Virus record (IMG/VR): IMGVR_UViG_3300033407_000054
Location: 1 to 39,782 of that record
Origin: a virus
DNA: 39,782 nt
Strand: one strand, 5' to 3'
Shown here: in pieces, positions 9,409-17,840 of the stretch
Position numbering within the stretch: the first letter of the stretch is position 1
How the letters are laid out: every line of letters starts with the position of its first letter
Position numbers and translations under genes: made by a program
Notes under the pieces: generated by a model
Told to the model about the DNA's origin: nothing
The model's database searches: none
Seen by the model: the letters and a program-made list of their open reading frames with translations, nothing else

Positions 9409-9657
9409 TTAGAACAAGCTAATAAGAAAGATTATAACTCCTATCACGCAAAGCCCAATATATAACCATTCTCCTATACCCCCTAATTTTGATGTAACCA
9501 TCGCAAATATGATGGTAGATAGACCAATGATCAATCCCAGGGAAATAGACTCTTGAAAAAGACTTATCCAGCAGTATGTTCCGAGTCCTAATAAAGCTAG
9601 ACACACAGCCCCAAACCCTACTATAAAAGGAACATTCAGTTCTTCTTTACTAGACAT
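9409..9657 (-). CDS. Small 3-TM membrane protein, lone minus-strand moron inside the late region
   Basis: The track ORF is 9409..9684. The internal ATG at 9657 is preceded by GGAGGTTAT, a strong RBS, giving MSSKEELN... (82 aa). There are three hydrophobic segments. Confidence 0.55.
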   Translation of the reverse strand: MSSKEELNVPFIVGFGAVCLALLGLGTYCWISLFQESISLGLIIGLSTIIFAMVTSKLGGIGEWLYIGLCVIGVIIFLISLF

Positions 9658-9689
9658 ATAACCTCCAAAATATACCAAAAGCATACAGT

Positions 9690-9725
9690 TTGTAATGTTT
9701 TAAGTCGATGTTAAAATAATTCTTT
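9690..9725 (+). promoter_or_regulatory. Sigma70-like promoter: TTGTAA-N16-TAAAAT embedded in the TAAAATAATTCTTT motif
   Basis: TTGTAA at 9690-9695 and TAAAAT at 9712-9717, about 55 nt upstream of the fibre gene ATG (9772). Confidence 0.45.
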
Positions 9726-9771
9726 GTCATATATGGTCTCTATTTTAAAATATAATAAACTATGAGGCCTC

Positions 9772-10686
9772 ATGTCCGCTTATTCACCAAATTCTCCCGG
9801 AACGACAGCTGTTTTTAAACCCCCCATTATAGCGAGACGAGCCCCTTTGGGAAGCGATACTGGATATGAATTAGGACAGAGTTGGGTGGATGAACTCACG
9901 AATTCATCGTGGCAATTGACTTCTATTGATTTGGGAAGCGCCGTATGGACTGCATTAGGAGGAGGAACGGTTTCAATCTCTCAACTTTCAGCCGATATGG
10001 GCTTAGGAGGAGTGGCATTACCTGTTGACGGAAATATTAACCTGAACGGCAGCGTTAACGAATTGGAGGTTATCGCAAGCGGAGAGAATATCGGAGTCCG
10101 ATTTGTAGATAATATTATTTACAACGGTGGAAACTTCACCATACAAAGTGCATCAATAGGATCTTCTAGATTCTTACGCGTTATAAACACTTCAGATACT
10201 GCTAGTTCATCGGCAAACATAAAAGTTCAAGTTCCTTCTAGTACAGCTGATGGTGGGGCTTATTATAGCTCTACAAGCTTAGCAGGATCTACGTGGTCTT
10301 TTGGGATTGATTCTAATACCAATAATTGGGCATTGGCTGAGGGAGAAGGTGTGGTTTCTAACCAAGCTATACAAGTAGTTCCATCAAGTTCCATAAACTT
10401 TTTTAGAAATCTAGTTATGCAAGGAAGCGGTACCGACGGACTAATTGCTATGAAGGGAGGAGCGGAAACCGATTTTATCGGATCAGCAGTATTGGTAGGG
10501 GGAACCGTTACAGTGGCTAATACAAATATTGGTGCCTCGGATAGGATTCTAGTTATTCGATCGACTACGGGAGGAACGGAAGGTCATTTAAGTTATACCA
10601 TTAGCGGATTAACGAGTTTCACTATTAATTCAAGTTCAGCTACTGACACATCGACAGTGGTTTATGTTATCTTCAGACAGACTTAA
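9772..10686 (+). CDS. Tail fibre/spike protein, paralogue A
   Basis: 304 aa. The N-terminal about 65 aa and C-terminal about 75 aa are clearly homologous to 10746..11924, while the central part differs. Composition is Ser/Thr/Gly/Asn-rich. Confidence 0.6.
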   Translation: MSAYSPNSPGTTAVFKPPIIARRAPLGSDTGYELGQSWVDELTNSSWQLTSIDLGSAVWTALGGGTVSISQLSADMGLGGVALPVDGNINLNGSVNELEVIASGENIGVRFVDNIIYNGGNFTIQSASIGSSRFLRVINTSDTASSSANIKVQVPSSTADGGAYYSSTSLAGSTWSFGIDSNTNNWALAEGEGVVSNQAIQVVPSSSINFFRNLVMQGSGTDGLIAMKGGAETDFIGSAVLVGGTVTVANTNIGASDRILVIRSTTGGTEGHLSYTISGLTSFTINSSSATDTSTVVYVIFRQT

Positions 10687-10697
10687 AATAATTCTTT
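10684..10697 (+). promoter_or_regulatory. TAAAATAATTCTTT promoter-like motif upstream of fibre paralogue B
   Basis: Exact 14-mer also found at 9712 and 36576. The downstream leader is conserved with the 9726-9771 leader (TATTTTAAAATA...TGAGGCC.CATGTC). Confidence 0.4.
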
Positions 10698-10745
10698 TAC
10701 ACATATAACTATTATTTTAAAATAAAACAAAAACTCTGAGGCCCC

Positions 10746-11924
10746 ATGTCTGCTTACTCACCAAACTCACCCGGAACGGTAAACGTTTTTAATCCTCCTA
10801 TTATAGCGCAACGAGCGCCCTTAGCAACCGATACGGGATTTCCTAAGGGACAAACATGGATCGATGATACTACGAATTCATCATGGCAACTAACCTCTTT
10901 TTCTTCAGGAAGCGCCGTATGGACAGCTTTGGGAGGAGGAGCTACCGCGGTAGATCAACTTGATGGTGATACAGGATCAGCTACTCCCACAGGTGGAGCT
11001 ATCACGATTGCCGGAACGGCTGATGAACTTGTAACTTCAGCTACCGGATCTACTGTCACCGTAGCTTTTGTTCCTTCCGTAATTTTCACACAAGGAAATG
11101 TTTCTGTTGTAAGAGACGAAATTTCGGGAGATGTAACTTTTACCGTACAAAATACTGATGCTACGATGACCGACTCTCAAGCGATCATAAGAACGGTTAC
11201 CGATACAGCGGGGGGAGACAGTTTCTTTCAAGCTTCCGTCTCAGGGGGTCAAACCGTATCTTTTGGAATAGACAACGGATCGGGCGATAATTTTGTAATG
11301 TCAAACTCCACAGCTTTAGGAACCAATAATTTTTTCAGTTTTTCTCAATCAGATTCTTCTAGTACGTTTGGCTTAGGAAATGTAGTCGTCACGAGAGCCG
11401 AGGTAGCCGGATTAGTTGCACTACAGATATTTAATACGGATGCGGGGGCCACTTCCGAGTCCATGGTCAGGATAGGCACAGGCACAGCGGATGCATTTAC
11501 CTATTACGAACATGATGGATCTGGGGTCAATTGGTCCACAGGATCTCAAGTGACCACCGACGATTATGTAATTGCCCAGGATTTGGGTCTCACTAACAAC
11601 ATCTATTTACGAGCTGTCGCAACTACCGGAGATATTGATATTCCTGTAGGGAACTTATCCATTTCGGGAGCCGGTAAACAAATTGAGATGGAATCAGGAG
11701 CTGCTACAGACTTCATTGGAAGCGCGGTATTGATAGGTGGAACTATAGCTGTTGCTAATACAAACATCAAAGCGACCGATCAGATTATGTTAACGGTATC
11801 TACTCCCGGAGGAGTTCAAGGGATCTTAAGTTATGCGATTACTCCCTCTACAAGTTTTACTATCACTTCTACATCCGGTGCGGACACATCTACTGTAGAA
11901 TATAGAATTGTCAATAAATTATAA
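10746..11924 (+). CDS. Tail fibre/spike protein, paralogue B
   Basis: 392 aa. It shares MSAYSPNSPGT..VF.PPIIA.RAPL..DTG...GQ.W.D..TNSSWQLTS...GSAVWTALGGG and a conserved C-terminus with 9772..10686. Confidence 0.6.
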   Translation: MSAYSPNSPGTVNVFNPPIIAQRAPLATDTGFPKGQTWIDDTTNSSWQLTSFSSGSAVWTALGGGATAVDQLDGDTGSATPTGGAITIAGTADELVTSATGSTVTVAFVPSVIFTQGNVSVVRDEISGDVTFTVQNTDATMTDSQAIIRTVTDTAGGDSFFQASVSGGQTVSFGIDNGSGDNFVMSNSTALGTNNFFSFSQSDSSSTFGLGNVVVTRAEVAGLVALQIFNTDAGATSESMVRIGTGTADAFTYYEHDGSGVNWSTGSQVTTDDYVIAQDLGLTNNIYLRAVATTGDIDIPVGNLSISGAGKQIEMESGAATDFIGSAVLIGGTIAVANTNIKATDQIMLTVSTPGGVQGILSYAITPSTSFTITSTSGADTSTVEYRIVNKL

Positions 11925-11933
11925 GGAGATTTC

Positions 11934-12149
11934 ATGTCAGAGAGAGGAATTTTAGAAAGCCGAGGATGCAAACATCATACGCTAATTTTAAAAATGTCTT
12001 ATCAAGATATCAAGGATGTTTTGGAAGGGAAGTCATTAAAGGTTTCTTCTTTAAATTTGGGAGATGAGATTGATCTTTTTCTTCAGATCGATCCTAAAGA
12101 TGAAAAATTGCAAGAGCTGAATAAATCCCTATCCAAGGAGACTAAATAA
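11934..12149 (+). CDS. Hypothetical protein in the fibre cluster
   Basis: 71-aa ORF with a GGAG RBS; its stop overlaps the next start (TAATG). Confidence 0.35.
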   Translation: MSERGILESRGCKHHTLILKMSYQDIKDVLEGKSLKVSSLNLGDEIDLFLQIDPKDEKLQELNKSLSKETK

Positions 12150-12493
12150 TGCCTTTTGTGGATTCAACGGATGTCCTTTTTGATACTTTAAGAGAAGCCG
12201 CTTTTGGAACTATAGGAGCTGCTTACGTTATTTTAGGCACTGTATTTAGCCGTGATGTTGCGTATTTGGATGTTTACAATGGAACTAACCAAGACATTCG
12301 TTTATCTGATGACGGTACAAGAGATGTTAAATATTTATCTTCAGGGACTAGTTGGGTATGGGATATATCTACCGATGGACATGGAGATAAAAAAATGCTC
12401 TTTAAAAGAGGATCCGCTCTTTATCAAAAAAGGGGAGGAGCTGTATCTCCTACATCCGGAAGTTTATTTTTAACCGTGGTTTTTGCCGTATGA
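12149..12493 (+). CDS. Hypothetical protein in the fibre cluster
   Basis: 114-aa ORF translationally coupled on both sides. Confidence 0.4.
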   Translation: MPFVDSTDVLFDTLREAAFGTIGAAYVILGTVFSRDVAYLDVYNGTNQDIRLSDDGTRDVKYLSSGTSWVWDISTDGHGDKKMLFKRGSALYQKRGGAVSPTSGSLFLTVVFAV

Positions 12494-12996
12494 GTTATCA
12501 GCAAAAGATTATAACCGGTACAACACCACTACCAGATAGACCAGAATTCTATGCCTATTTAGCATCGGCTGATAACAACGTAACAGGGGCAGGCACTACT
12601 TATCAATTGGGTACTAATGTTGCATTGACAGAAGTTTTTGATACTCTGGGAGATTTTAATACCAACGGTACCTTCACTTGCAGCGTAGCGGGTCGATATA
12701 TTTTCTCGGCTGCCATCACTACAACAGATATAACATCTAATATGACACATTGCGAAGTATTATTAAAGACGACCTCTCAAAACTTCCGTTTATTTACGTA
12801 CAACCCTTTTGCGTGCGGCTTACCTGCGAGTAACCGATTTAGTTGTTTTTCAGGAAGCATTTATGCCCCTATGGCTATAAACGATACAGCTTTCGTTACT
12901 GTTCAAATTATAGGAGGGGCTGGAAATACTGCTGATATATCAGGGTTTAGCGGAGCAAGATCTTGGTTTAGTGGAGTTTTAATCAGTCCAACTTAG
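12490..12996 (+). CDS. C1q/TNF-like jelly-roll domain protein (candidate receptor-binding tip)
   Basis: 168 aa. It has FYAYL..., EVFDTLGDFNTNGTFTCSVAGRYIFSAAI (compare C1q FD.V..N.G..Y...TGKFTC.V.G.Y.F) and a terminal SWFSGVLI (compare FSGFLL). Confidence 0.55.
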   Translation: MSYQQKIITGTTPLPDRPEFYAYLASADNNVTGAGTTYQLGTNVALTEVFDTLGDFNTNGTFTCSVAGRYIFSAAITTTDITSNMTHCEVLLKTTSQNFRLFTYNPFACGLPASNRFSCFSGSIYAPMAINDTAFVTVQIIGGAGNTADISGFSGARSWFSGVLISPT

Positions 12997-13004
12997 GAGG
13001 AAAA

Positions 13005-13571
13005 ATGACATGGAATAGTGGTCCAGGATCACTGTGGGTTACCGATACTAATCCCACCGTAAATGATGATGAAAGTAATGGTTTCTTTGTTGGAGTTTGG
13101 TTTTATAATGAATCTGCAGGTTCTTTATTTCAGTGCATTGATAGCACCATTGGTAATGCTGTATGGGTTAATAAGCCTACCGCATCTGAAGGTTCTTTTA
13201 CACCTTCCTTAGAATTTGGGGGAAGTTCAACTGGAATTACTTACACGACTCAATCCGGAAATTATTCAAGAACCGGAAATTTAATTGTCCTTAATATCTT
13301 CCTGAATCTTTCATCCAAAGGAAGTGAAACGGGTAATGCTACTATCACAGGACTGCCTTTTATAAACGGCTCTTCACATGCGGCTTTTCTAATCTATGCA
13401 CAAAATGTCTCTTTATCTTTGACTTACACCAATCATGGAGCTCGGATTGCGCCTGCTCAACAATTCATTAGACTATTTGAAACGGGATCATTACTTAACA
13501 TAAATAATTTAGATGAAGGAAGTTTTGAAAATGATTCTCAACTCTTCATAAGCGGAAGTTATTTCTTATGA
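13005..13571 (+). CDS. Fibre-cluster protein, paralogue of 16037..16606
   Basis: 188 aa. It shares the N-terminal anchor-like motif and an identical 15-aa block PAQQFIRLFETGSLL with 16037..16606. A GGAGG RBS is present. Confidence 0.5.
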   Translation: MTWNSGPGSLWVTDTNPTVNDDESNGFFVGVWFYNESAGSLFQCIDSTIGNAVWVNKPTASEGSFTPSLEFGGSSTGITYTTQSGNYSRTGNLIVLNIFLNLSSKGSETGNATITGLPFINGSSHAAFLIYAQNVSLSLTYTNHGARIAPAQQFIRLFETGSLLNINNLDEGSFENDSQLFISGSYFL

Positions 13572-14641
13572 CAATTATTGCTCAAACCTCAAGTGCCGGA
13601 CCACCGTTACCGATTACTAGAGTTAGGCAAAATAGAGCTCCTACAGTAGGAGATTGGCAAAACTTTGCTCTTGGAGATGAATGGCTTGACGAATCTTCTA
13701 TGGACTGGTGGAAACTAGCTTCCCTAGCCGGTAATCAAGCTTTATGGATACTCATTGGAGGAACGGGGGTATCCGTTGAAACAATAACGGTTGACGCATC
13801 TACTCCTCCGGGAACTAATCCAGTCCTACCTGATGCTTCTAACAATATCACTATTACAGGATCTCAAGTAGCTACAGGAATTATCGGCGCCAATGTCATT
13901 AGAACCGATTCATTAGCGGCCAATACGTTTACCATTGAGATACAGCAATCGGCATCTGCAGCAGCTGAAGACACTACCCTTAATGGAGTATGTCACTTTG
14001 ACTCTTCTGCTTTTACCGTGACTAATGGATTTGTGGAATTAATAGGAGGTGGTCAAGGTATAGAGAGTATAGGAGTTGATGCCTCCACCCCACCCGGTAC
14101 CGATCCGGTAGTTCCTGACGGTAGCGGACTAATTATAGTCACCGGGGCTCAAGTCGCTTCATCAACAATTGGTGCAAACGTTATCCGCACTAATTCATTA
14201 GCAGCTAATACTTATACTGTCGAAGTTCAGCAATCAGGATCTGCAGTAGCTGAAGATACAACTCTTAATGGGGTATGTCATTTTGACTCTAATGAATTTA
14301 CTGTCACTAATGGATTTGTAACTTTAAATACCACCTCTGATTGCATTATAAATCTTACTTCTATTGATAATACAGATTCTCCATACACTGTTCTTTCTAC
14401 AGATTGTTATATATCCGCAGATGTAAGCGCCGGAACTATTTCTATCTTGTTACCTGATGCGCCATCCACTGGAAGAGTGTTTTATGTAAAAGATTCTTCA
14501 GGAAACGCCGGCGCTAATAACATAACGATTACAACGGTTGGCGGAGTAGTAACTCTAGACGGATTAACGTCTCAACTTATTATTTCTAACTTTGGATCTT
14601 TAAATTTTATATTTAATGGAACTTCCTATGAGGTGTTTTAA
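13568..14641 (+). CDS. Tail fibre protein with an internal 95-aa tandem duplication
   Basis: 357 aa. It has the N-terminal RAP...GD.W.D....W.L.S...A.W...GG anchor motif and two about 95-aa repeats (VDASTPPGT.PV.PD...LNGVCHFDS..FTVTNGFV). Confidence 0.6.
   Translation: MTIIAQTSSAGPPLPITRVRQNRAPTVGDWQNFALGDEWLDESSMDWWKLASLAGNQALWILIGGTGVSVETITVDASTPPGTNPVLPDASNNITITGSQVATGIIGANVIRTDSLAANTFTIEIQQSASAAAEDTTLNGVCHFDSSAFTVTNGFVELIGGGQGIESIGVDASTPPGTDPVVPDGSGLIIVTGAQVASSTIGANVIRTNSLAANTYTVEVQQSGSAVAEDTTLNGVCHFDSNEFTVTNGFVTLNTTSDCIINLTSIDNTDSPYTVLSTDCYISADVSAGTISILLPDAPSTGRVFYVKDSSGNAGANNITITTVGGVVTLDGLTSQLIISNFGSLNFIFNGTSYEVF
13775..14326 (+). repeat. 285-bp tandem duplication within the fibre gene
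   Basis: Unit 1 spans 13775-14059 and unit 2 spans 14060-14326. Protein identity is high, with many synonymous and conservative differences. Confidence 0.8.
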
Positions 14642-16023
14642 TGGCATATAGAGACTATTCTACTGCAATCGGAAAAATTGTAGATCCTAACAATAAAGGA
14701 GATTATACCACTATTTCAGCGGCATTGGCCGATGCTGTTTCAGGAGATATTATTTTTTTAAGACCAGGAACGTATACAGAAGATATCACGGCAGTAGCGG
14801 GCGTTTCATTAGTAACTTTCGATACGGGAATAAGAAATCCTCAAGTTAATATAGTGGGAAAAATTAGTTTTTCTTCCGCCGGAACATTTGAAATAAGTGG
14901 AATCCGTCTTACTACAAATGCAGACTATTTTTTAGAAATATCAGGGACTTCGGACAGTATTGTAAATATAGATGATTGTGTATTAGATTGCGCCGATCAC
15001 ACGGGGATATCTTATACTACTACAAGTGCCTCCGCTAATTTAACAATCATTAGATGTCTCCAAGAAATTACAGATACTTTTGCTTTGTTTGAAAAGTCAT
15101 CCCCGGGTGGAATGACAATGAATTATACATATGGCCTTACCGCTAGTCAAACTACCACTCCCAATACTGTTACGGCCGGAGATTTCACTTGTAACTATTG
15201 TACTTTTGGATCTCCTTTTGCTATCTCAGGAACTACTTTTAGTTTTTTCATGATGGGAATGACGGTAGATTCTGTGGCTATTACCACTTCAGGAACCGTT
15301 ACGGGTCAATTGTTATTTTGCAATATAGATAGTGGATCAAACGCTGGTATTTCTATTGGAACAGGAACTATCATGAGAATAGATCCACTCTGTAGGATAA
15401 ATAATAGCGCTGCTAATGCCATTATCGGAGCAGGTACTCTGATTTATAGTGCGCTTTCTTTTGTAACCACCTCCTCTTTTAATCCTACGACAATAATTTC
15501 AGAACAAATGGCTATAGGTAGGATCTCTTCGTCTTCTGGGGTAGATGCCATTGTTACAGCTACTAATGGAGAAGTAACCTTTCCAAATACAAGTGCATTT
15601 CTAGCTAATCATTCAGTCGCTCAAACGGCTGTGACTGGAGATGGAACATTAGTTACTATAAACTTTACAAATGTAATATATGATTTAAATTCCGATTATG
15701 ATGGAACAAATACTTTTACCGCACAGGTGACTGGTAGATATAGATTTAGTGGTTCACTTTATGTTGATGGTATATCGGCAGCTAATACAAGTGGATTTAT
15801 GCAACTGGTTACTTCTAATAGAATATATCAAACGAATGTTTATAGTTATGCAGCGATTAGAAATAGTGGAAATTTAGTTATTTTGCCTTTTTCTTTTGTA
15901 GCAGATATGGACGCTTTAGATACCGCCTTTTTTCAATGTCAAATTGATGCGGGTCCAGGAAAAAATATTTCCTTTCCTGCGACTGCTACTCAATCCTTTT
16001 TTGGAGGAGAATTAATTTGTTAA
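14641..16023 (+). CDS. Tailspike: right-handed beta-helix (pectate-lyase-like) N-terminal part fused to a C-terminal C1q/TNF-like domain
   Basis: 460 aa. The N-terminus (GDYTTISAALADAVSGDIIFLRPGTYTEDI) is the classic start of pectin-lyase-fold spikes. The C-terminus (FTNVIYDLNSDYDGTNTFTAQVTGRYRFSGSL...SFFGGELI) is C1q-like and paralogous to 12490..12996. Confidence 0.55.
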   Translation: MAYRDYSTAIGKIVDPNNKGDYTTISAALADAVSGDIIFLRPGTYTEDITAVAGVSLVTFDTGIRNPQVNIVGKISFSSAGTFEISGIRLTTNADYFLEISGTSDSIVNIDDCVLDCADHTGISYTTTSASANLTIIRCLQEITDTFALFEKSSPGGMTMNYTYGLTASQTTTPNTVTAGDFTCNYCTFGSPFAISGTTFSFFMMGMTVDSVAITTSGTVTGQLLFCNIDSGSNAGISIGTGTIMRIDPLCRINNSAANAIIGAGTLIYSALSFVTTSSFNPTTIISEQMAIGRISSSSGVDAIVTATNGEVTFPNTSAFLANHSVAQTAVTGDGTLVTINFTNVIYDLNSDYDGTNTFTAQVTGRYRFSGSLYVDGISAANTSGFMQLVTSNRIYQTNVYSYAAIRNSGNLVILPFSFVADMDALDTAFFQCQIDAGPGKNISFPATATQSFFGGELIC

Positions 16024-16036
16024 AATGGAGTTTTAA

Positions 16037-16606
16037 ATGGCCGAATTAACACAATCACCTATGAGATTATACACCGATACGGTAGATCCAACCGTAAACG
16101 AAGACTCATCAAATGGATATGAAATAGGCAACTGGTGGCGTAACAGTTCTACTTTGACCTTATTTCAGTGTGATGATGATTCGGTTGGAGCAGCTATTTG
16201 GAATGAAAAACCTACTCTAGAGACCGGAACTTTTATTCCTGAAATACAATTTGGAGGAGCATCGATAGGAGTTGCATATGTTACTCAGTCGGGTTCTTTT
16301 GTCAGAGTGGGAAATGCGGTAACGATAAATATAACTATTAGTCTTTCAAATAAAGGAACCTCGGTAGGATCAGTTACGTTAATTAATTTGCCTTATCCAA
16401 ATGGGAATGATCAAGCAGGATTTACTATCTATACCGATAATATAGCTCTTACCACTCTTTATACTATTTATGGATCTAGAATTTCTCCTGCACAACAGTT
16501 TATTCGTTTATTTGAAACAGGTTCCTTATTAGGAATTCAAAATTTAACAGATGTTAGTTTTCAAAATGACTCTCAATTATTTGTGAGTGGAACATATTTT
16601 ATGTGA
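16037..16606 (+). CDS. Fibre-cluster protein, paralogue of 13005..13571
   Basis: 189 aa, collinear homology with 13005..13571 over the full length. Confidence 0.5.
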   Translation: MAELTQSPMRLYTDTVDPTVNEDSSNGYEIGNWWRNSSTLTLFQCDDDSVGAAIWNEKPTLETGTFIPEIQFGGASIGVAYVTQSGSFVRVGNAVTINITISLSNKGTSVGSVTLINLPYPNGNDQAGFTIYTDNIALTTLYTIYGSRISPAQQFIRLFETGSLLGIQNLTDVSFQNDSQLFVSGTYFM

Positions 16607-16612
16607 GGTGTT

Positions 16613-16789
16613 ATGAAAAAATTTTGGGATAAAATAGGAATACCGGAAAAATTAGGGATAGTAATAGGTACCTTAGGAATTATCCTAGGAGGGGGATCTT
16701 TAATGATGAAATCGTTTATAAAAAAACCGTTGATCGAAACGGTTGAGCAAGAAAAAACCCAAGAAGAAGATATTTTTATAGTAGAATGA
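16613..16789 (+). CDS. Small single-TM protein (candidate holin or i-spanin-like); not in the ORF track
   Basis: ATG at 16613 follows GAGGTG. The product is 58 aa (MKKFWDKIGIPEKLGIVIGTLGIILGGGSLMM...). Its TGA overlaps the next ATG. Confidence 0.45.
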   Translation: MKKFWDKIGIPEKLGIVIGTLGIILGGGSLMMKSFIKKPLIETVEQEKTQEEDIFIVE

Positions 16790-16971
16790 AAAATAAATTT
16801 TCCGTGGTTTCTTATTCATTAGTTATTTTATTTCTATTCGTTTTGTGGGGATGTGGTTTGTGGAAATCCTTAGGAAATGACAATGTTTTAGAAGAATTGG
16901 CAGAGGACATAATTAAAGACTCAACCGGAATAGATATAGATTTTACGGGAGACTCACCTGAAAAAGATTAA
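16786..16971 (+). CDS. Small putative lipoprotein (o-spanin-like or exclusion lipoprotein)
   Basis: 61 aa with a signal peptide ending in the near-lipobox LWGC. It is translationally coupled to the small TM gene. Confidence 0.4.
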   Translation: MKNKFSVVSYSLVILFLFVLWGCGLWKSLGNDNVLEELAEDIIKDSTGIDIDFTGDSPEKD

Positions 16972-17840
16972 TCCTCTTTTTCTTTGATGAATGTCCGAGT
17001 ATAATGCGATTTACCTATTTTTTTATAGGGATCCAAATCAATTCCATCCTTTTTCATCTTATCAATATCATAGCTTATTCTAGGTTTGCTCATGGTAAGT
17101 TTAAGACCGTGAATTATGATGTTTTTACCACAGGCAAGCGCATCGATTTTCTCATCACATTCTTTAATCACCTTATCCACATTAGATCTAAGTTCCCAAG
17201 CATCCCTTCTGGCTTGAACAATTTCTAAAAGATCCTGATGATTGTTAGATATGTCTTCATGGGATTTGGAATCAAAAGGAGGGGTACGCGTTTGAACACA
17301 GTTCCAAAAACTAAGAGCCGATTCTTTCATTTGATCCCATAGTTCATGATCAGCTTGTATTAAAGTACAGTGTCCAACGTGTCCATCCCAAACCACCAAG
17401 AACGCAGATTTAAATTTAGCCACCATCATTTGCCATTGAACTTGATAAATATAAGAAAAAGGAATATCTCCTTCAATCATCATAGTGAGTCTTTTTTCAG
17501 ATGAAGGACATTTTATTTCTGCCATGAATCCTTCTTCAATATTAATAGCGTCGTAGGACACCTTTAAGTGCTCATTTTGCTCATCTTCCGCACATAATCT
17601 ATGTAGGTCAACCTCAAAGTTATTCTCCATCCACGCCCTTGCTAAAGGCTCTTGTTCGTTCCCATGTTTCATGGCTTGATTGTAAACGTCTTTCTTCTCG
17701 CCTATCTTCTTAAGATAAATATCTGTGATGGAATTGTAGGGGCACACTCCCATGATAGCCCCCATCTCTGAAGCTCCGATCCCGTTCATTCTCCAGTCTA
17801 ACCACTCTTGAGAACCTTGTTCTAAATCAATTATTTTCAT
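16968..17840 (-). CDS. YqaJ-type (lambda-exonuclease-like) recombination exonuclease
   Basis: 290 aa. The N-terminus (LEQGSQEWLDWRMNGIGASEMGAIMGVCPYNS) matches the YqaJ viral recombinase motif. It overlaps the upstream ERF gene by 14 nt. Confidence 0.7.
   Translation of the reverse strand: MKIIDLEQGSQEWLDWRMNGIGASEMGAIMGVCPYNSITDIYLKKIGEKKDVYNQAMKHGNEQEPLARAWMENNFEVDLHRLCAEDEQNEHLKVSYDAINIEEGFMAEIKCPSSEKRLTMMIEGDIPFSYIYQVQWQMMVAKFKSAFLVVWDGHVGHCTLIQADHELWDQMKESALSFWNCVQTRTPPFDSKSHEDISNNHQDLLEIVQARRDAWELRSNVDKVIKECDEKIDALACGKNIIIHGLKLTMSKPRISYDIDKMKKDGIDLDPYKKIGKSHYTRTFIKEKED

Noticed and set aside
12252-12473. 73-aa ORF in another frame inside 12149..12493
   Set aside because: It is fully nested in a better-supported, translationally coupled gene and has no RBS.
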